Below are positions 1-14,530 of a stretch of DNA of 64,000 bases, piece by piece. The position numbers were made by a program, and so were the translations under genes. A model generated the notes under the pieces. The model searched no databases and had not been told where the DNA came from. It saw nothing but the letters and a program-made list of their open reading frames with translations. Position 1 is the stretch's first letter. Every line of letters begins with the position of its first letter. This DNA comes from Amoebidium appalachense (taxonomy: Eukaryota; Protista; Ichthyosporea): assembly GCA_963693365.1 (NCBI GenBank), contig CAVNZM010000012.1:1860001-1924000 (forward strand). Direction: 5' to 3'.

Positions 1-475
1 GGGGTTGGGGTTATATTCGTCCCGGCAAGTGGTTTATCTGGTCCCCCTTCTCTCTCCCTACCTTCGACGCTCCACCCCCTCCCCCTCACCTGCCCCAACC
101 CGAATTCTGATGTATGGCTAGATATGGATTGGGAGATCGAGGGTGGGGGGGGGGGGGGGGAGGGGGGGAGAAAGAGGGAGAGGGAGAGGGAGAGTTGCAA
201 CGCTTGGCTCTATAAAGCCGTAGCGGGATGCCCGTGAACAGAATCAGTCAGAACTGAGAAGTTGAACACAGTTTGCAAGCAAGAATTATCCATTGAGAGA
301 TTGTATTTTCCAAAACTCGACAGAAACCAATAATAGATCTTAACCAAAAAAAAAAGCCATTAGCATTGTATTGACAACATGAGTTTCTTGTTTCAAAACC
401 CGCACTATGTGCATCCCAGTGCACGGCCACGAGTAAGAGATACCTCATCCTCGTCATCTGATTGGGCCTTTGCAG

Positions 476-883
476 TGAGCCGCTACTGCCCGCTAGACCT
501 GTACAGTGGGGATCGTATACGCATGCTCAAGGCACTGGGTGACTTGTTGTGGACCCCCCAGAATAACCTTAAGGTCTACAGGAACAACACGTCTGTACTC
601 ATGCACACAAAGGTGGGTGAACGTGTGGGTGGACGGGTGAGTGTGTGTGCGGGGGGAGGGGGGGGGGGGTTGGGGGGGGGTGCTGCAAGGGGAGGGAGGA
701 GGAAGAGGGGGAAGGGGGAGGAGGCGGAAGGGGAGGTGGTGAGGATAGGGGGGGGGGGGGGGGGGAGGGAGGGAGGGAGGGAGGGGGGGGAAACGAGGGT
801 GGGCAAAGAGGTGGGAGGGAGAAATGAGTGTGAGGATGTGTGTGTGGATCTGCTCACAGTGAGCTTTTTCGGAAAGTGTCGAT

Positions 884-919
<36 letters not shown>

Positions 920-920
920 C

Positions 921-951
<31 letters not shown>

Positions 952-952
952 T

Positions 953-1004
<52 letters not shown>

Positions 1005-2836
1005 TGCTGATGGGGTGTGGGTCTGTTAGGATCCAAATGTGGACCCGGCCAGTCGGATTGCAGATCTGAGCACAGCATTGCAGGTAGGGATCCCCCCCCC
1101 CTCCCCCTGCCGCCGCACAAAAAAAAAAAAAAAAAAAAAAAAACGTAATACCAATAGAAATCCTCCATGCTGCCCATGCTTCCTCTTGCTCCTCCTTTTC
1201 TACTAATCTATCTTCTTTTTTAAAAAAGGCCCTTTTTGGTATGTTTGTTTGCTAGTTTTTATCCTTCTGTATGCCGTCGGCTGTGTGCATATGCTGTCCG
1301 TCTGGGCAAAGGCAAGAGAGAGAGAGGGAGGGGGGGGGGGGGGGGTCAGGCGGTTGGCTGTGTGCTTGTGCTATGATATGAGTGAGGGTGTGCCATGTGC
1401 CCACAAGTGCAACCACAGGACGTTCTGCCAGCAACCAACCCCTCTGAGATGCCCATCACTACCGTGCATGCTGAAGACCCCTTGCTTGGGTACACAACCC
1501 CCCCCCCCCCCCCCCGCGCCCCCGCCCCTGGCTGGCCCTCCCCCTCTCCCCTCTGACTTTGAAAACCTCCCCCCCCCCCCCCCCCCCCTCGATCCCCCGT
1601 GTATCCGCACACACACAACACCGTTTTTTCTCAATGTGTGTAACTCCCCTTTTCCTCTCTTCCGTGAATACGAGTGTTTGTATGGCCCGTGTACCCAATG
1701 TGTGCACAGCGTGTACAATTCCAAGTACGAGAGTAGCGTAGAGAGAAAGGAACGAGAATTCAAAGAAATAACAACCTGTGAGGAGCATGCTTTTATAATA
1801 TAGAGCCACTGTGTTTGTTCTTTCTCTTTCCACCCGTAAATGGGTCGAAACTTGGGCACTGTATATGACTTGGGGCTGCGCCCGCCAATGGGCTCTGTTC
1901 GTTATGCACACCTTATGTGTGGTTTGCGCCCTGCATTATGTTATCAGTCGTAACTTGTACTTCCTACTTTATAAAACATTCTGCCCCCCCACCTCCCTCC
2001 CGCCTCCCCTCCCCTCTCTCGCTCCCTCTCTAATTGGTATAGGGATATTATTTGTGCTCTTTTCAACATTCTGTTTCTAATCTTTCCCCCTGCACCATTA
2101 CTTCGCCCTCCGTCTTGTCTTGCCCATTCATCATTCCTGGTTATTCGGAATTTTTATATCTTCCATCTCCCTCATCCTCGCCCTCTTACCTCATCCTACC
2201 CATACTGAACTATATGCTTCAGTTTTTCTTTCCTGCTTTTGTTGTCCCATCACTCCCTCCACTTCGCTACCTTCTCCACCTTGAATTTTTCCCACCTCCC
2301 CCCTCCCCCCCCTCCTACCCCCCCCCCCCCCCCCTCCTTCCCCCCCATTACCCATCACCCCACACATACGAAAGAACCCATCATCCCCTACTCCACACAC
2401 CACCAGTGAGTCTTTTACGAACGGCAACCCGACCAAGCACCTAACAACTGCTCTCCCTCCCCCCCCCCCCCCCCCTCCCCCCCCCCCCCCCCCTCCAAAG
2501 AAATAAAAAAGCAAAAGCCCGACCCACCTACCCACCCCACACACCCACCTACTAACCCCGCCATCCGCCCCCCCCTCTCCGTCCCTCATCTCCCTCCCCT
2601 CCCCCTCCATCCCTCCCTCCCTCCCCCCCCCCCCCCCCCCCCCCTGCTTCTACTTTACCCCCCCCCCCCCCCCTTCCCCCCCCCTCCCCAGTACCCCATC
2701 TGCTGCCGGTGTGCTCTGTGAGGTGCTTGCAGACATCCTACTGGCAGATAACCCCATGCGTAAGTGAAACCCCCCTCCCTCCCTCCCTCGCTACATAGAG
2801 ATGGAGGGCGAGAGGGGGGGGCAGGGATGGATACAG

Positions 2837-2899
<63 letters not shown>

Positions 2900-3365
2900 C
2901 ACCCACCCACACACACACACAGACCACACACACACACGCACACACACACACACACTCACTCACCACGCACGCCCATACATACACACGTGCACACACACTT
3001 GCATACTCAAACATACAGATATATCGAGGGAGTCTGTGTTTGTGCATTTGTTTCTTTGTTTTTCATTCGTGTTACAGCTCAGCATAAGTTCATTCCTGGT
3101 ATTCTTATGCTGTTCGAATTGTAAAACGCTACTTTGAGCCATGCAGATGAAAGAACCCCGTCAACCCACTAACCCAAGGAGAATATAAACAGAAGAGGTG
3201 TGCGTGTGTTTTTGGAGGGGGGGGGGGGGGGGGGGGGGGGGCAAGGGGGCTTTTTTAAATAGCATGTGTTTGGAACTGATACTGGCTTGATCAGATATAT
3301 GCATGCACGCTCAAGTCAAAAACTAACACACCCATGACCACACCCGCACAGGCGCAACAGTGCCC

Positions 3366-3396
<31 letters not shown>

Positions 3397-4260
3397 ACAC
3401 ACACATGCACACACACCAGCGCACATCCGTGCCGTGCAGCAACTTGACCAGCTGGATGTGGAGTGCATCCATACTCTCTACGAACGCCTCCTGCAGATAG
3501 ACTCGGCATATCCAATAGACGGTATATTTCCCTCCGCTCCCAATCTCTTTTTTCGGTGTTTCCCTCTCTTTCTCTCTCTCTCCCCCCCCCCCTCTCTGCC
3601 TGTGTGTGTGTGTTTCTCTCTCCCCCTCTCCTTCTTTCTGTGTGCTTCTCTCTCGCTCCCTTTTTGTGCGTCTCCTTTTCTCTCTCCCTCCATCCATCCC
3701 CCTCTCCCCCTCCCTCCACTCCCTCTCCCACTCCCTCTTTCCTCCTAACCTCCCCCCCCCTCCCCCCCCCTGCTCCAAGGATATGGGCTTTGCCCATGTT
3801 GCACAATCTCTGGGTGCTCGTTTCTCCCTGTCAATATGTGCCTTGCCTTGTAGTGTGTCGTTGCTCCCTGTACCGTGAGCTCAATCCTAACCCCTCCCCC
3901 CTCCCCCCTCCCCGTGCCTCTTTCGTTTTTTTTTTTTCATTCTTTGGTGACGTTTTGTGTTTTGTCTTTTCATGTCTCCTCCTCCATACTTCCAACTCTC
4001 TCATGCATATATCCCCCTCCCCCCTCCCCCTCCCCCTCCCCCTTCGTTTACGCCCTTGGCCCCCTTCCCTTTTTTATCACTCACCTGCTTCCTTTCCTTC
4101 ACCTTTTCCCCTTCCATTCTCACTCTCACTCCCCCTCTTTTCCATCCTATGTCACACAGGGCAGTGGTTTCGAGATGAGTGGGTGAATGCAGCTCCTGAC
4201 ACGGTCAAGCAGATCTTGGGTCAGCCCCCCCACCCCCCACCCCCCCACCCCGACCCACTC

Positions 4261-4339
<79 letters not shown>

Positions 4340-4350
4340 GCACACGCACA

Positions 4351-4414
<64 letters not shown>

Positions 4415-4418
4415 CACA

Positions 4419-4466
<48 letters not shown>

Positions 4467-4472
4467 CACACG

Positions 4473-4503
<31 letters not shown>

Positions 4504-6419
4504 TACCACCACCACCATTACCCCCCCCCCCCCCCCCCCCCCCTCTCTCCCCTCCCCCCCCCTCCCCCCTTCCCCCCCCCGCCCCGCCCCGACCTGCCCT
4601 GCTGCAGCCGTCCCACCACACACCTGCAACCCTTTAAAGGAACACCCTTTTTCTTGTATGCCTTCATGGCACCGTTTCCATGTTTGCCCTCCATGTGTTG
4701 CTGTCCACATAAAGCAAGGCAATCACATGTGGCGTACCGCTCCGGTTTTGCTCCGGTTCCAGAGAATACGTTGTCTGCCCCCCTCCCCTCCCTCCCCCTT
4801 CCCCCCTCACTGCTAACACACACACACACATGCGCGCGTGCGCACACACACACACACACACACACACAACGCACTTACACACACACGTACACACACACGT
4901 ACGCACTCAATCACACACATGTATGCACACACTCACACACACACGCACACGTACACGTACACATGCACACAGAGGGGAAATCGGCACCACCCCCCACGGA
5001 CCTATCCAGTGTGTCTGAGGAGGAGATGTGCCGTCTTGTGCGTCAGTTTCTGATAGCCACGGCAGCAAAGGACTGTTCCATCATGATCACCCTGCAGCAA
5101 CTACCTGCCAGCAAAACAGAGTAAGAAAAAAAACACAGTGTGTCCCCCAGACACGCATGCGCACACGCGCATAGACACACTACCGCGCGTACACACACAC
5201 ACATCGTTTCCTTTCCGATCTGCTGCGACAACCGGCCCCTAGCCCTGGTGTGTGTGGGTGTGTTCGTGTGTGTCTTCCTTTCTCTCTTTCCCTCTCTGTC
5301 TCTCTCTCTCTCTTTCTCTGCCTCTCTCTCTGTGTGTGCGCGTGTTCGTCTGCGCGAGAGTGTGTATGGGCGACCAGGCGAGAGGGGGTGGGGAGGGGGG
5401 GGGGGGGGGGGGGGGGGGTACAGCGAGGATGGGGCAAGGCTTGGTGAGGATGGGGGAGGAAGATCTACTGGTGGTACATATTACAGAAAATAACGACACG
5501 ATGAACATAAAATGTGCGCCCACGCACACACACAACACACACACACCCAAACACGTGCAGAGTACAGTGTATGCCCATACTCATCGGTGGGAGTAGATTC
5601 AGGGCTGGGGTCGAAGGAATGTTGTCTTTAGGAAGGGTGTTAAGGGAGGAGGAAAAAGGTTGGGTGAGGGGGATGGAGAGAGAAGGAGAGAGGGAGAGGG
5701 ATTCACATTTTTCACACCACACACATGCACACAGAAAGCACACACACGCAGGCAGACAGACATACACACACTCACATACTCGTATGTCCCCAGGGACCTG
5801 TCTTCTGGCAGGCACAGGCACACAGTCTACAACAAAGCCAGCGGCCACTATTACCAGGTGGGTCTTCTTCTTCCCCCCCCCCCCCCCCTTCCACCCTCCC
5901 CCTCAAAATAATGATAATAACAATAAGCTAATAATAACAACAACAATATAATGATAACAACAACAACAACAACAACAACAACAATAATAATATTAACAAT
6001 AATAATAATGATATTATTATCAATAATACTCAATAATAACAATAATCTTCGCGTGAGTACTTCGTGCTCTGTACCCACACACCCCACCCCCCCTCCCCAA
6101 CACACACACACACATACACACACACACACAGACACACCACCACCACCACCCTGTCCTTTCCCCTTTCTTCCTTTTCATGGTCGAGTCTCCTGTGGATGAT
6201 CTCTCGGTTTCACCAATCTGCCTACTTACCACCACAACCACAAAACACATGCCTATGCGCACAGGCGCAGTCGAGCAGGCACGCACACACATACACACAA
6301 ACAAGGATCGGAGACTCTGAGAGAAAAAGGGACTCGTGGAGAGGAGAGATGGGTGGTGGTGGTCGTGGGGTGGGGAGAGGCAGGGTTGGCTGGGTGGAGT
6401 TTGGTGGTGTGTGTGTGTG

Positions 6420-6473
<54 letters not shown>

Positions 6474-6672
6474 GGGGGGGGGGGGGGGGGATGATGAAAA
6501 TAGCAAAGACTCTGGAAGACTAGTAAGGCCTCGTCAGCGACTTATTTGCACTCCTTCTGACTGTCTAACCAATGGGGTGGGCCACAGTTCTCCGTCAACA
6601 TCATCGACACAGACCCCAAGTACTTTGTCAACATCCCAAAGTACCTGTACGTGTGCCAGCCTGCCTGCCTGT

Positions 6673-6724
<52 letters not shown>

Positions 6725-6913
6725 TTCTGTTTCCCTCCGTGGATGTCTTTACGGTGTTTGCGATTGTGTGTGTGTACATGTGTGTGTGAGGCAACATCGG
6801 CAACATGGGGGGAGCCGGTTAAGTGTTGGTTTTTTTTTCCCCCTTTTTTTTCGCCCTTTTTTAAGGCGTGTGTGTGCGTGCTTGTGTGGGTGTGTGTGTG
6901 TGTGCGTGCGTGC

Positions 6914-6947
<34 letters not shown>

Positions 6948-6948
6948 C

Positions 6949-7000
<52 letters not shown>

Positions 7001-7190
7001 GGGGGTGGCAGAATTTCCACGTACTTGTACCCTATTATCACATCAGGTGGTGCACTTCTTCCGTCGCAGTCGGGTGCTTCTCCCACCACCCCACACACTC
7101 ATTCCCATTTTTCTCCCACACAGAAAAGATGATCGAAAGATTGTGGAGGCTTTCATAGCATCAGGATCCACGAGAAAGTGCACTGCCTAA
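476..7190 (+). CDS. IPPK: Inositol-pentakisphosphate 2-kinase (IPPK/Ipk1), 3' part; 5' exons not identified. Exons approx. 476-612, 1030-1083, 1419-1489, 2692-2759, 3420-3531, 4160-4219, 4973-5120, 5794-5857, 6588-6646, 7124-7190
   Basis: Spliced translation carries family motifs [47 protein letters not shown] and IIDTDPK (DLDLK-like), ending KCTA*. All listed junctions are GT..AG and phase-consistent. Confidence 0.9.
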
Positions 7191-7485
7191 TGTTAGCAAG
7201 TCATGTGTTGATTGCATGCGATTGTACATGCATGGTGTGCTAAAACTTAACATTTACAAGAAGGTTTGGATATATATATACATTGGATTTATCTTTTCCA
7301 GGTGTATCACGAAAAGGGGTTCTGTGGGTCTTTATAAAACTGAAATTGGCAGTAGCTGCGAATGTACCGGCAAAGTGCACTGATAGTTAAAGCTGATTAA
7401 TCGACCATTAGTGTTTGGTTTTTAGGCACGATCAAGTTGGCAGGTTTGTAGCGGTTTGATATATAACTCGCAATCACTTGAACTA

Positions 7486-7591
7486 GTGTTGTGTCAGATA
7501 TTAGTCGTGATTAATTAGCGATCAACTTGTGTTGTGTCAGATATTAGTCGGATTAATATTGAGTGTCAGATATTAGTCGGATTAATATTGA
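7486..7591. repeat. Three-copy tandem repeat with core GTGTCAGATATTAGTCG between convergent genes
   Basis: Core read directly three times; the last two are both followed by GATTAATATTGA. Confidence 0.85.
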
Positions 7592-8600
7592 TTTTGTTTA
7601 AGTTGTAGTAGTTAGTGGAGTTATAACTACCACTTTAAACACAGTGAGTGTGCGACCATATATATGTAACTTTGATTTGTGGTTTTAGCTAATTAGGGTC
7701 ACACCCCATATTAGCATTAGCAGATATCATGGTTGAGTAATCTCAGAACTAGCCGGGCAAATAACACTGAGAGTGGGGCCTGGCAGTTGGGCTGGTGCAT
7801 GATCTTGATAACAGTGCAGGCCTAGGAGAGATATACGTGATAGTGGATATAACTAATAAACTGCATGCTGTGCTGAAAGCTGCAGTGTGATGGGCGAGAG
7901 ATACTCGATATCGGATATAACAAATAAATCATTTCATAACGTACTTCAGTATAAATGTGCCTGAGCCCAAGCCTTCACGTGCGTGTTGTGCGTGTGAAAG
8001 GTGTACACGTGTCCGTTGAGCCCCAGGTAAGGAGGCAGAGGGGGAACGGGGGAGGAGGGGGGAGGGGGGGGGGGGGGGGGGGGGGGGGGATAAACAGGGC
8101 AAGAGCAAAGGTAGGGAGGAACCTGTGATCAGAAACCTTCCATATGCCTGCGCATGCTGAATTCATCCCCCCCCCTTCCCCCCCCAAGGACCTTCTCAAT
8201 TTTCCTGCTTGATCATGATTATTACATCATGAGGATTGCCGTTCGGAAAGAGAGCATGCCCAGGCATATTTTATATTCAGTGGAGCTGGAGCATGCGCAC
8301 AGTATATATATGGAACTTCAAATGTGAATTTATCAAAATGACTCCTTAGATTCACACACAGTATCATAGTATCACCTCTGGCTGGTGAATAACTAAAACA
8401 AGCGAACAGAAAGAATGCAACAAATCGAGGGAACAGCACAGTACCGGGTGCTATTTTTATTAGCATTGAGTCTGCAGCAGTCGATCGCGACCTATGCATC
8501 TAATACAGTAACACCACACCGTGATGTTTAAATATAATATATCAATATCAGCAAACACTGAAACAAGCCAACACATCGATGATCAATTAACTATCAGGCA

Positions 8601-8717
8601 GTGTCTATTTAAAGGGCTTAACGGCACCAACTAGATGATCGTGTTTATTTTTAGGCCTTCACGGCACCAATCAGATCATAGTGTCTCTTTTAAGGCCTTC
8701 AGGGCACCAATCAGATC
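8601..8717 (-). repeat. 40-bp-period three-copy tandem repeat spanning the amidohydrolase stop codon
   Basis: Units start at 8601, 8641 and 8681 (GTGT...GGCACCAA...GAT); the TGA lies at 8676-8678. Confidence 0.9.
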
Positions 8718-9025
8718 CTTCTGCACGACACCGCCCTTCCACACGACCTGTACGTTGTTGGGGTCACCGAGCACTTTTATGTCGGCCAATGGATTGCCGG
8801 CCACAAGAAGCACATCGGCATCATAGCCCTCCTTTAACTGCCCGGAAAGTGGCGCCTGCAATCGGGTTTGGGTGTTCGGATATAGCGTTAGGAATCTAGA
8901 ACACACCGTAAGGATTATGGAGTAGATACCTTGTGTGGGGATGGGGGGCATGCACTGCGTAAGGTGAAGTGTGGGTGAGAGCATATGTGCGGAAACCGGA
9001 AAACGTGTGTGTGTGGGAGGGGGAA

Positions 9026-9058
<33 letters not shown>

Positions 9059-9161
9059 GGGGGGGGGTTAAAAAAAAGAGTTTTCAAACATAGACATGCA
9101 TACACGCGCACTCACGCAGAACCCCCCCCTCCGCCCCTCCCCCCCCCCCCCCCCCCCCCCT

Positions 9162-9200
<39 letters not shown>

Positions 9201-9412
9201 AAAACAAAAAAAAACAAAACAACAACAATAAAACCCACCCATCCACTTACTCAGCCATAGGCACACACCCACACACCACCCCCACATATCACACACACAC
9301 ACACACGCTCGCGCGCGCGCCTACACACAACGCCCCCTTCCCCCCCCCCGCCCCCCAACACACACACACGCACACAAGCGCATACACGCAACCACCCCCC
9401 TCTCCACCCTCC

Positions 9413-9447
<35 letters not shown>

Positions 9448-11160
9448 CTCCCCTCCCCCCCCCCCCCCCCAACCACACACACCCCACCTCCTCTTCCATA
9501 CACACACCTGTGGTCCCAGTGTGAGGGGCCCATTTGCCGTAGCTGCCTCTATCGCCTTCAATGGTGTCATACCCAGGTCAACCATGTGCATTAATTCCAA
9601 ACCCTGGGTGCCAAAGTCCACACTGAACCCTACATCCGTGCCGCATGCTATCTTCACACCATGACGAATCGCTGTTTGGTGATTGGCTGTCGCTTCACTG
9701 TGGAATGTAGACGAGGGTTAGGGATATGGGGAAAAGGAGGAGAAAACATGTAGCGGGGGAGCGCGGGGGGGGGGGGGGGGGGGGAGGGGGGGGAGGGGGA
9801 GGAGGGGAGGGAAAGAGGAGAGGGGGGAGAGGGGGGAGGCGAGGGTGGGTGGGTGGGTAGGTGGGTGGGTGGGGGGAAGGGGGGGGAGGGGGGGGAGATG
9901 GGGGGCTACGTTTAATGGTGACGTGTGTTACCACGGGAGACCCTCTAGCCGTAAAACATGATGGATGAATATGAGAACCCCATAGAGAATTCAGGAGGGA
10001 CATGTCATAGCCGCATGCGTGGGTAAAGAGGGGGGAGAGGGGGAGGGGAGGGGAGGGGGGGACCATGCTTGACGAAGGGAGATAGGAAGCGCGGGGGAAG
10101 GGAGGAGGGGGGAGGGGGGGAGGAATAGAAGACGTGAAAGTGACCAAATAGACGAGGAGAGAAAGGACGGGTGGGAGGGAGGGGAGGGGAAGGGGGGGGG
10201 TGATGGGGGGAATCAAACCTGTATACTTTGATGGCCTTCTCCCAGCTTGCATCTGTGATATTATGATTCCTTTGACCTTTTTCGATGTATGCGCCAAATT
10301 GGGATATCATAATCCTTCGGGTCATGACCAGAATCACACCCTTCTCTACCATCAGCTTAGCACACTCATCATCAACATAGGTCCCGTGTTCGATTGTCTT
10401 CACCCCTGCACTTTGTGTGTGAAAACGCAAAGTAGGTTAGGGAATGTGTGAATATGGGGTAAAGGTAAATGACAAAAAGAGGGAGGATGGGAGAATAAGT
10501 CTGGTGTTTAGGACTCGATCCAAGTGTGATAAAAGTGTGTTTGGGAACCAAATGAGCACTGCAAGAAAAGCTGGGTTTATCGACTATGGCGACATTCATC
10601 CGGAATTCCTCGATTTGAGGTGATAAAAGGCAATAAATGGAAATCACACCATACATGGGCAAACCAATTGTTGATTCCAGTTATTTTCAGACGTCATATG
10701 TTGTTATGCAAAATCAAATTGACTCTACACCTTGAAATGAAGACATACCCCGAAGTAAAACGTGGGCAGGGAGGGAGGGAGAGGGCGGGGTGGGGGGGGG
10801 GTGGGGGGGAGGGGGGGGGGGGGGGGGGGGGGAGGGGAGGGCTGAGATAAGGGAGGCCAGAAAGCTGGGGGGGGGGGGGGTTCTTACTTAATTGCAGCCA
10901 TAATTCCGGCCTTTCCGTGGCAATGAGCCCCCACAATTCGCTCCATCCTGGCAGCCTCATCCACAATGCACTCCAGCTCCTTGTTGGTGTACTGCTGGTG
11001 GAAAGGATTGTCCAATTCGCTTAAAACCCCCCCGGATGCATGCACTTTGATCACATGAGCTCCAATGCGGAAATTTTTCCGCACGGCCTTGCGGACTTCG
11101 TCTTCGCCGTCGGCGAGAATGGAGAGGTAGGGGTTGCCGTGGGTGCATAGGAGATCCTGC

Positions 11161-11199
<39 letters not shown>

Positions 11200-11543
11200 T
11201 GTATTGTTATTTTGCACGAATATTTTTTCTTTTCTATTATTATTAATATTATTTTATTTTTATTTTTATTTTTATTTTTTTTGGGGGGGGGGTGCGGGGG
11301 CAGGGGGAGGGGATGGCATGTGGGACGTGTGAGGAAAGGGGATAAGAAGGGGGAAGCGGATTGGAGGTAAGTGGTGCGGTGGAGGGGAGCGATGTTCAGC
11401 ATACGATGCACGAGAGAGCGAAATACAAATCAGTTACTTTGTATATATGAGCAAAATTTAGAAATATGACATGGGAACGACACTTGGGGAACAAAGTGGT
11501 GAGACACTCGGCACTTTCGGGGTGAAAGGGAACCCCGGAGGGC

Positions 11544-11580
<37 letters not shown>

Positions 11581-11647
11581 GGGGGAGGGAGGGAGGAGGG
11601 GGGGGGGGGGGGGGGGAAGGAAGAACGGAAGGAATAGACACACATGA

Positions 11648-11679
<32 letters not shown>

Positions 11680-12247
11680 CCTTAACACCTTCCCCTTCCC
11701 CCGCTCCTCACCTTCAGCCGAACCCGATCTCATGCACCCCATGTTAACTCATGTTTATCATTATGTGATCAAATTTAGGAATTTCGGATTCGTTCTTTTC
11801 ACAACATCAATATTGGGCGCCGGGCGGGGGGAGGAGGGGGCGCGGCTAAAAAAGAACATGACTAAATAAATTACCAAGCATGAGAATCAGTAGCATAATA
11901 ATGGCAAATGTTAGAGTATATAACTGAAATAACACTATCATCGACGATGACATTTAACATAAAAAATGAAGCATCAAACAAAACTTTTTTAACGATACTC
12001 CAAACAAAAAAACTCACCAAGCCATAATCATGCCCATCCCCATGCCCCGCCGTCTGAGACAATGATGCCCCGGCAAAGTAAATGTTCGGCCCACGGCACA
12101 CCCCCTCATCTATTAGCTGTCTGAGTAGGTGCCCCGGCCCACCCATCTCCCGTGCAGACGTGAAACCAGCATCTAGCGTCTTCTCTGCTTCCTTGGTCGA
12201 CCGGCCCAACGCAACTTCAGGGCTGTCCTTGATGAGATAGTCTTGTG

Positions 12248-12314
<67 letters not shown>

Positions 12315-12335
12315 AAGGGATCAGGAGGGGGGGAA

Positions 12336-12374
<39 letters not shown>

Positions 12375-13529
12375 GAGAATTGCGGGGAGAGGTGAAAACG
12401 AAGGAAGGAAGAAGGCGGAGGGGTAGGGGGGAGGAGAAGGGGTGTGGGGCGGGGGGGGGGGGGGGGGGGGGGGAGAGGACCAAAGGGTCGAGGCTAGGGA
12501 GGGGGCCGGGAGGACAGTGGGGGGAAAGGGGGAGAGAAATCAAAAAAGTTTGTTTTTACACAACAGAAATTGGTCAAATGTTGTCTACGCCCTCGCCAAC
12601 AATCTGAGGACATGTTGGGGGGAGAGAGGTGAGGGGTGGGGGGTGGGGGAGGGGGGGGGGGGGAGGGGGGGGGGGGGGGGGGGAGGGAGGAAGGGGACTG
12701 GAGAGTTCCTGAAAAAAGAGTGAATGTTACAGGGGAGAAGTAGAATTTGAATGCTTGGTGGGCTTGCAAAAGGGGTGACACAAGGGGGGTGGAAAGCCTC
12801 TATAAAATTCTAAGAAAATATGATTCGCAATAGACTCATTCCAAAAGCACAAACGTGCCTGCTAGCTAGGCGGTTGCAATGCGTGGCGAGTGTATCTGTG
12901 TGTATGTGTGTGTTTCTGAAGGATGAGGGGGGAGGGGAGAGGGGGGGATGGACCACATTGTGGCTGGTATTTGGCAGGGGGAAGGGGAGGGGGAGGGACA
13001 GGGCCCGGCGGGGGAGGGGGGGGGGGGGGGGGGGGGGGTATGTGCACATCACCAAGACACTTAGAAGCTCAGGAGAACTCATGCTGTGGAGAAGGTCACA
13101 GGGGGGGATGAGGGAAGGGAAGGGGTGGGGGTTGGGGGGGTGAGGGGGGGGGGGGGGGGGGGGGGAGGGGGGGAGGGGGGAACAGGAGGCAGGATTGCGG
13201 GTTGAGGTGTTTAACACTGCCCCTATACATACCAGTCAGTGACCAGCCAGGCCTCAGTTTCATTGGCAGACCAATAAAGTGAGCATGACAGTCCCACATC
13301 CCAGGCATGACCGTGTCCCCCTTGACCGTTACGTCACGCTCATTCTTTGCTGGTGCACCTGCCGCAGCTCCCGCGTAGAGAATTTTCTTCCCCTCCAACA
13401 CCACAACACCATTGGGAATGGGTTCACCGGTGCCCGGGATCAACTGGGTGGCTTCGATGAAAGTCCGAATAGGACCCTGCGTGCTTTGTTCTGTGGGTAG
13501 GATGGGCAGAAAGAAAAAAAGTTCCCCCG

Positions 13530-13567
<38 letters not shown>

Positions 13568-13587
13568 GGGGGGGAGAGGGGGAGGGG

Positions 13588-13618
<31 letters not shown>

Positions 13619-14530
13619 AAGGGGGGAAGAGTGAGTGGGTGGGGCGAGGGTGTGGGGTTGGAAAGTGGAGGGAAGGGTGGGTGGGGAGAGGGGTTTGACA
13701 TTGTTAGGTCAAAAAAAAAAAAAAAAGCAGGCGAGTCAAAGTTCAGCCAAAACAAGTAAACAAAGCATGGAATGTGTTTGCGTGCTTCCACATCACCTAT
13801 AGGAGGAAGAAAAGGTACTACGTATCATGGTTTTGAAGGTATCCATATGAAACAACCGACACATCTTCACCCACATGTTCGCTCACACATGCAGGCACCA
13901 ACACAAACATGAGCTGAGTTGCACACCTTCAAGGTCAACCCTGAGTGAACACCATCCATCGCAGAACCCACTTCCTAAAAAAAATTAAAAAAAACAAGTA
14001 CGCACACGAGCAGATGCATATGAAAAAGACTGCATTCAAGTACACACTCTACACATGTTGTGTCACACATAGTGTGTGCCACCCTATTAATAAATTCCAA
14101 CCATCCTTCGGACATGCATGCACGCATACAGGCATGCTGGTACGCACGCCTGCAACATGCGACTGTGGCCTCAGCCGCCGTATGACCAAGTCTACTCTGG
14201 CGAGACTCTATTTTTCAACAGTATGAGTTGGCGCGTGATCAGTCGCTTCGGAAGGAGAGTTTTGTCAGCCTTGAAAAATAAGAGATGCCTCCAAAGGTAG
14301 CATGAGGCACGCACACATGCACGCACCCATGCACGGATGGAGAAGTCCAAACATGCGCACATACAAGTAAAAACTACCACAAAGTGCACCGCAGAAACAT
14401 ACAACACACACGCTCGTCACCCATATCCAACATTAACATAAACACACGCGCGCACAAACAGGCACCACAAATTCCTTTCCAGACACACCACACGCTGTTT
14501 TTTAGTGTTCGTTTTCTTACCTGCAGACAT
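8676..14530 (-). CDS. Metal-dependent amidohydrolase (Xaa-Pro dipeptidase-like). Exons 14530-14521, 13490-13233, 12241-12018, 11156-10888, 10410-10219, 9697-9508, 8855-8676
   Basis: Spliced protein MSAEQSTQGP...MPGMWDCHAHF (HxH), GFTSAREMGG, SQTAGHGD, VIKVHASGGVLS (carbamylated-Lys position), AHCHG, TIEHG, IACGTD, ATANG, GYDADVLLVAGNPL. All phases are consistent. Confidence 0.92.

Noticed and set aside
420-432. Micro-exon before the first IPPK exon; also an optional 21-nt exon at 3078-3098
   Set aside because: Phase-compatible but with no motif support; needs RNA-seq.
7175-7382. 11-bp echo (AAAGTGCACTG) of the IPPK terminal codons about 200 bp downstream
   Set aside because: Too short and not tandem; may be chance, so not counted as a third stop-spanning array.
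12550-12603. Extra amidohydrolase exon
   Set aside because: Flanking exons join in phase to a sensible protein without it, and its translation has no family resemblance.
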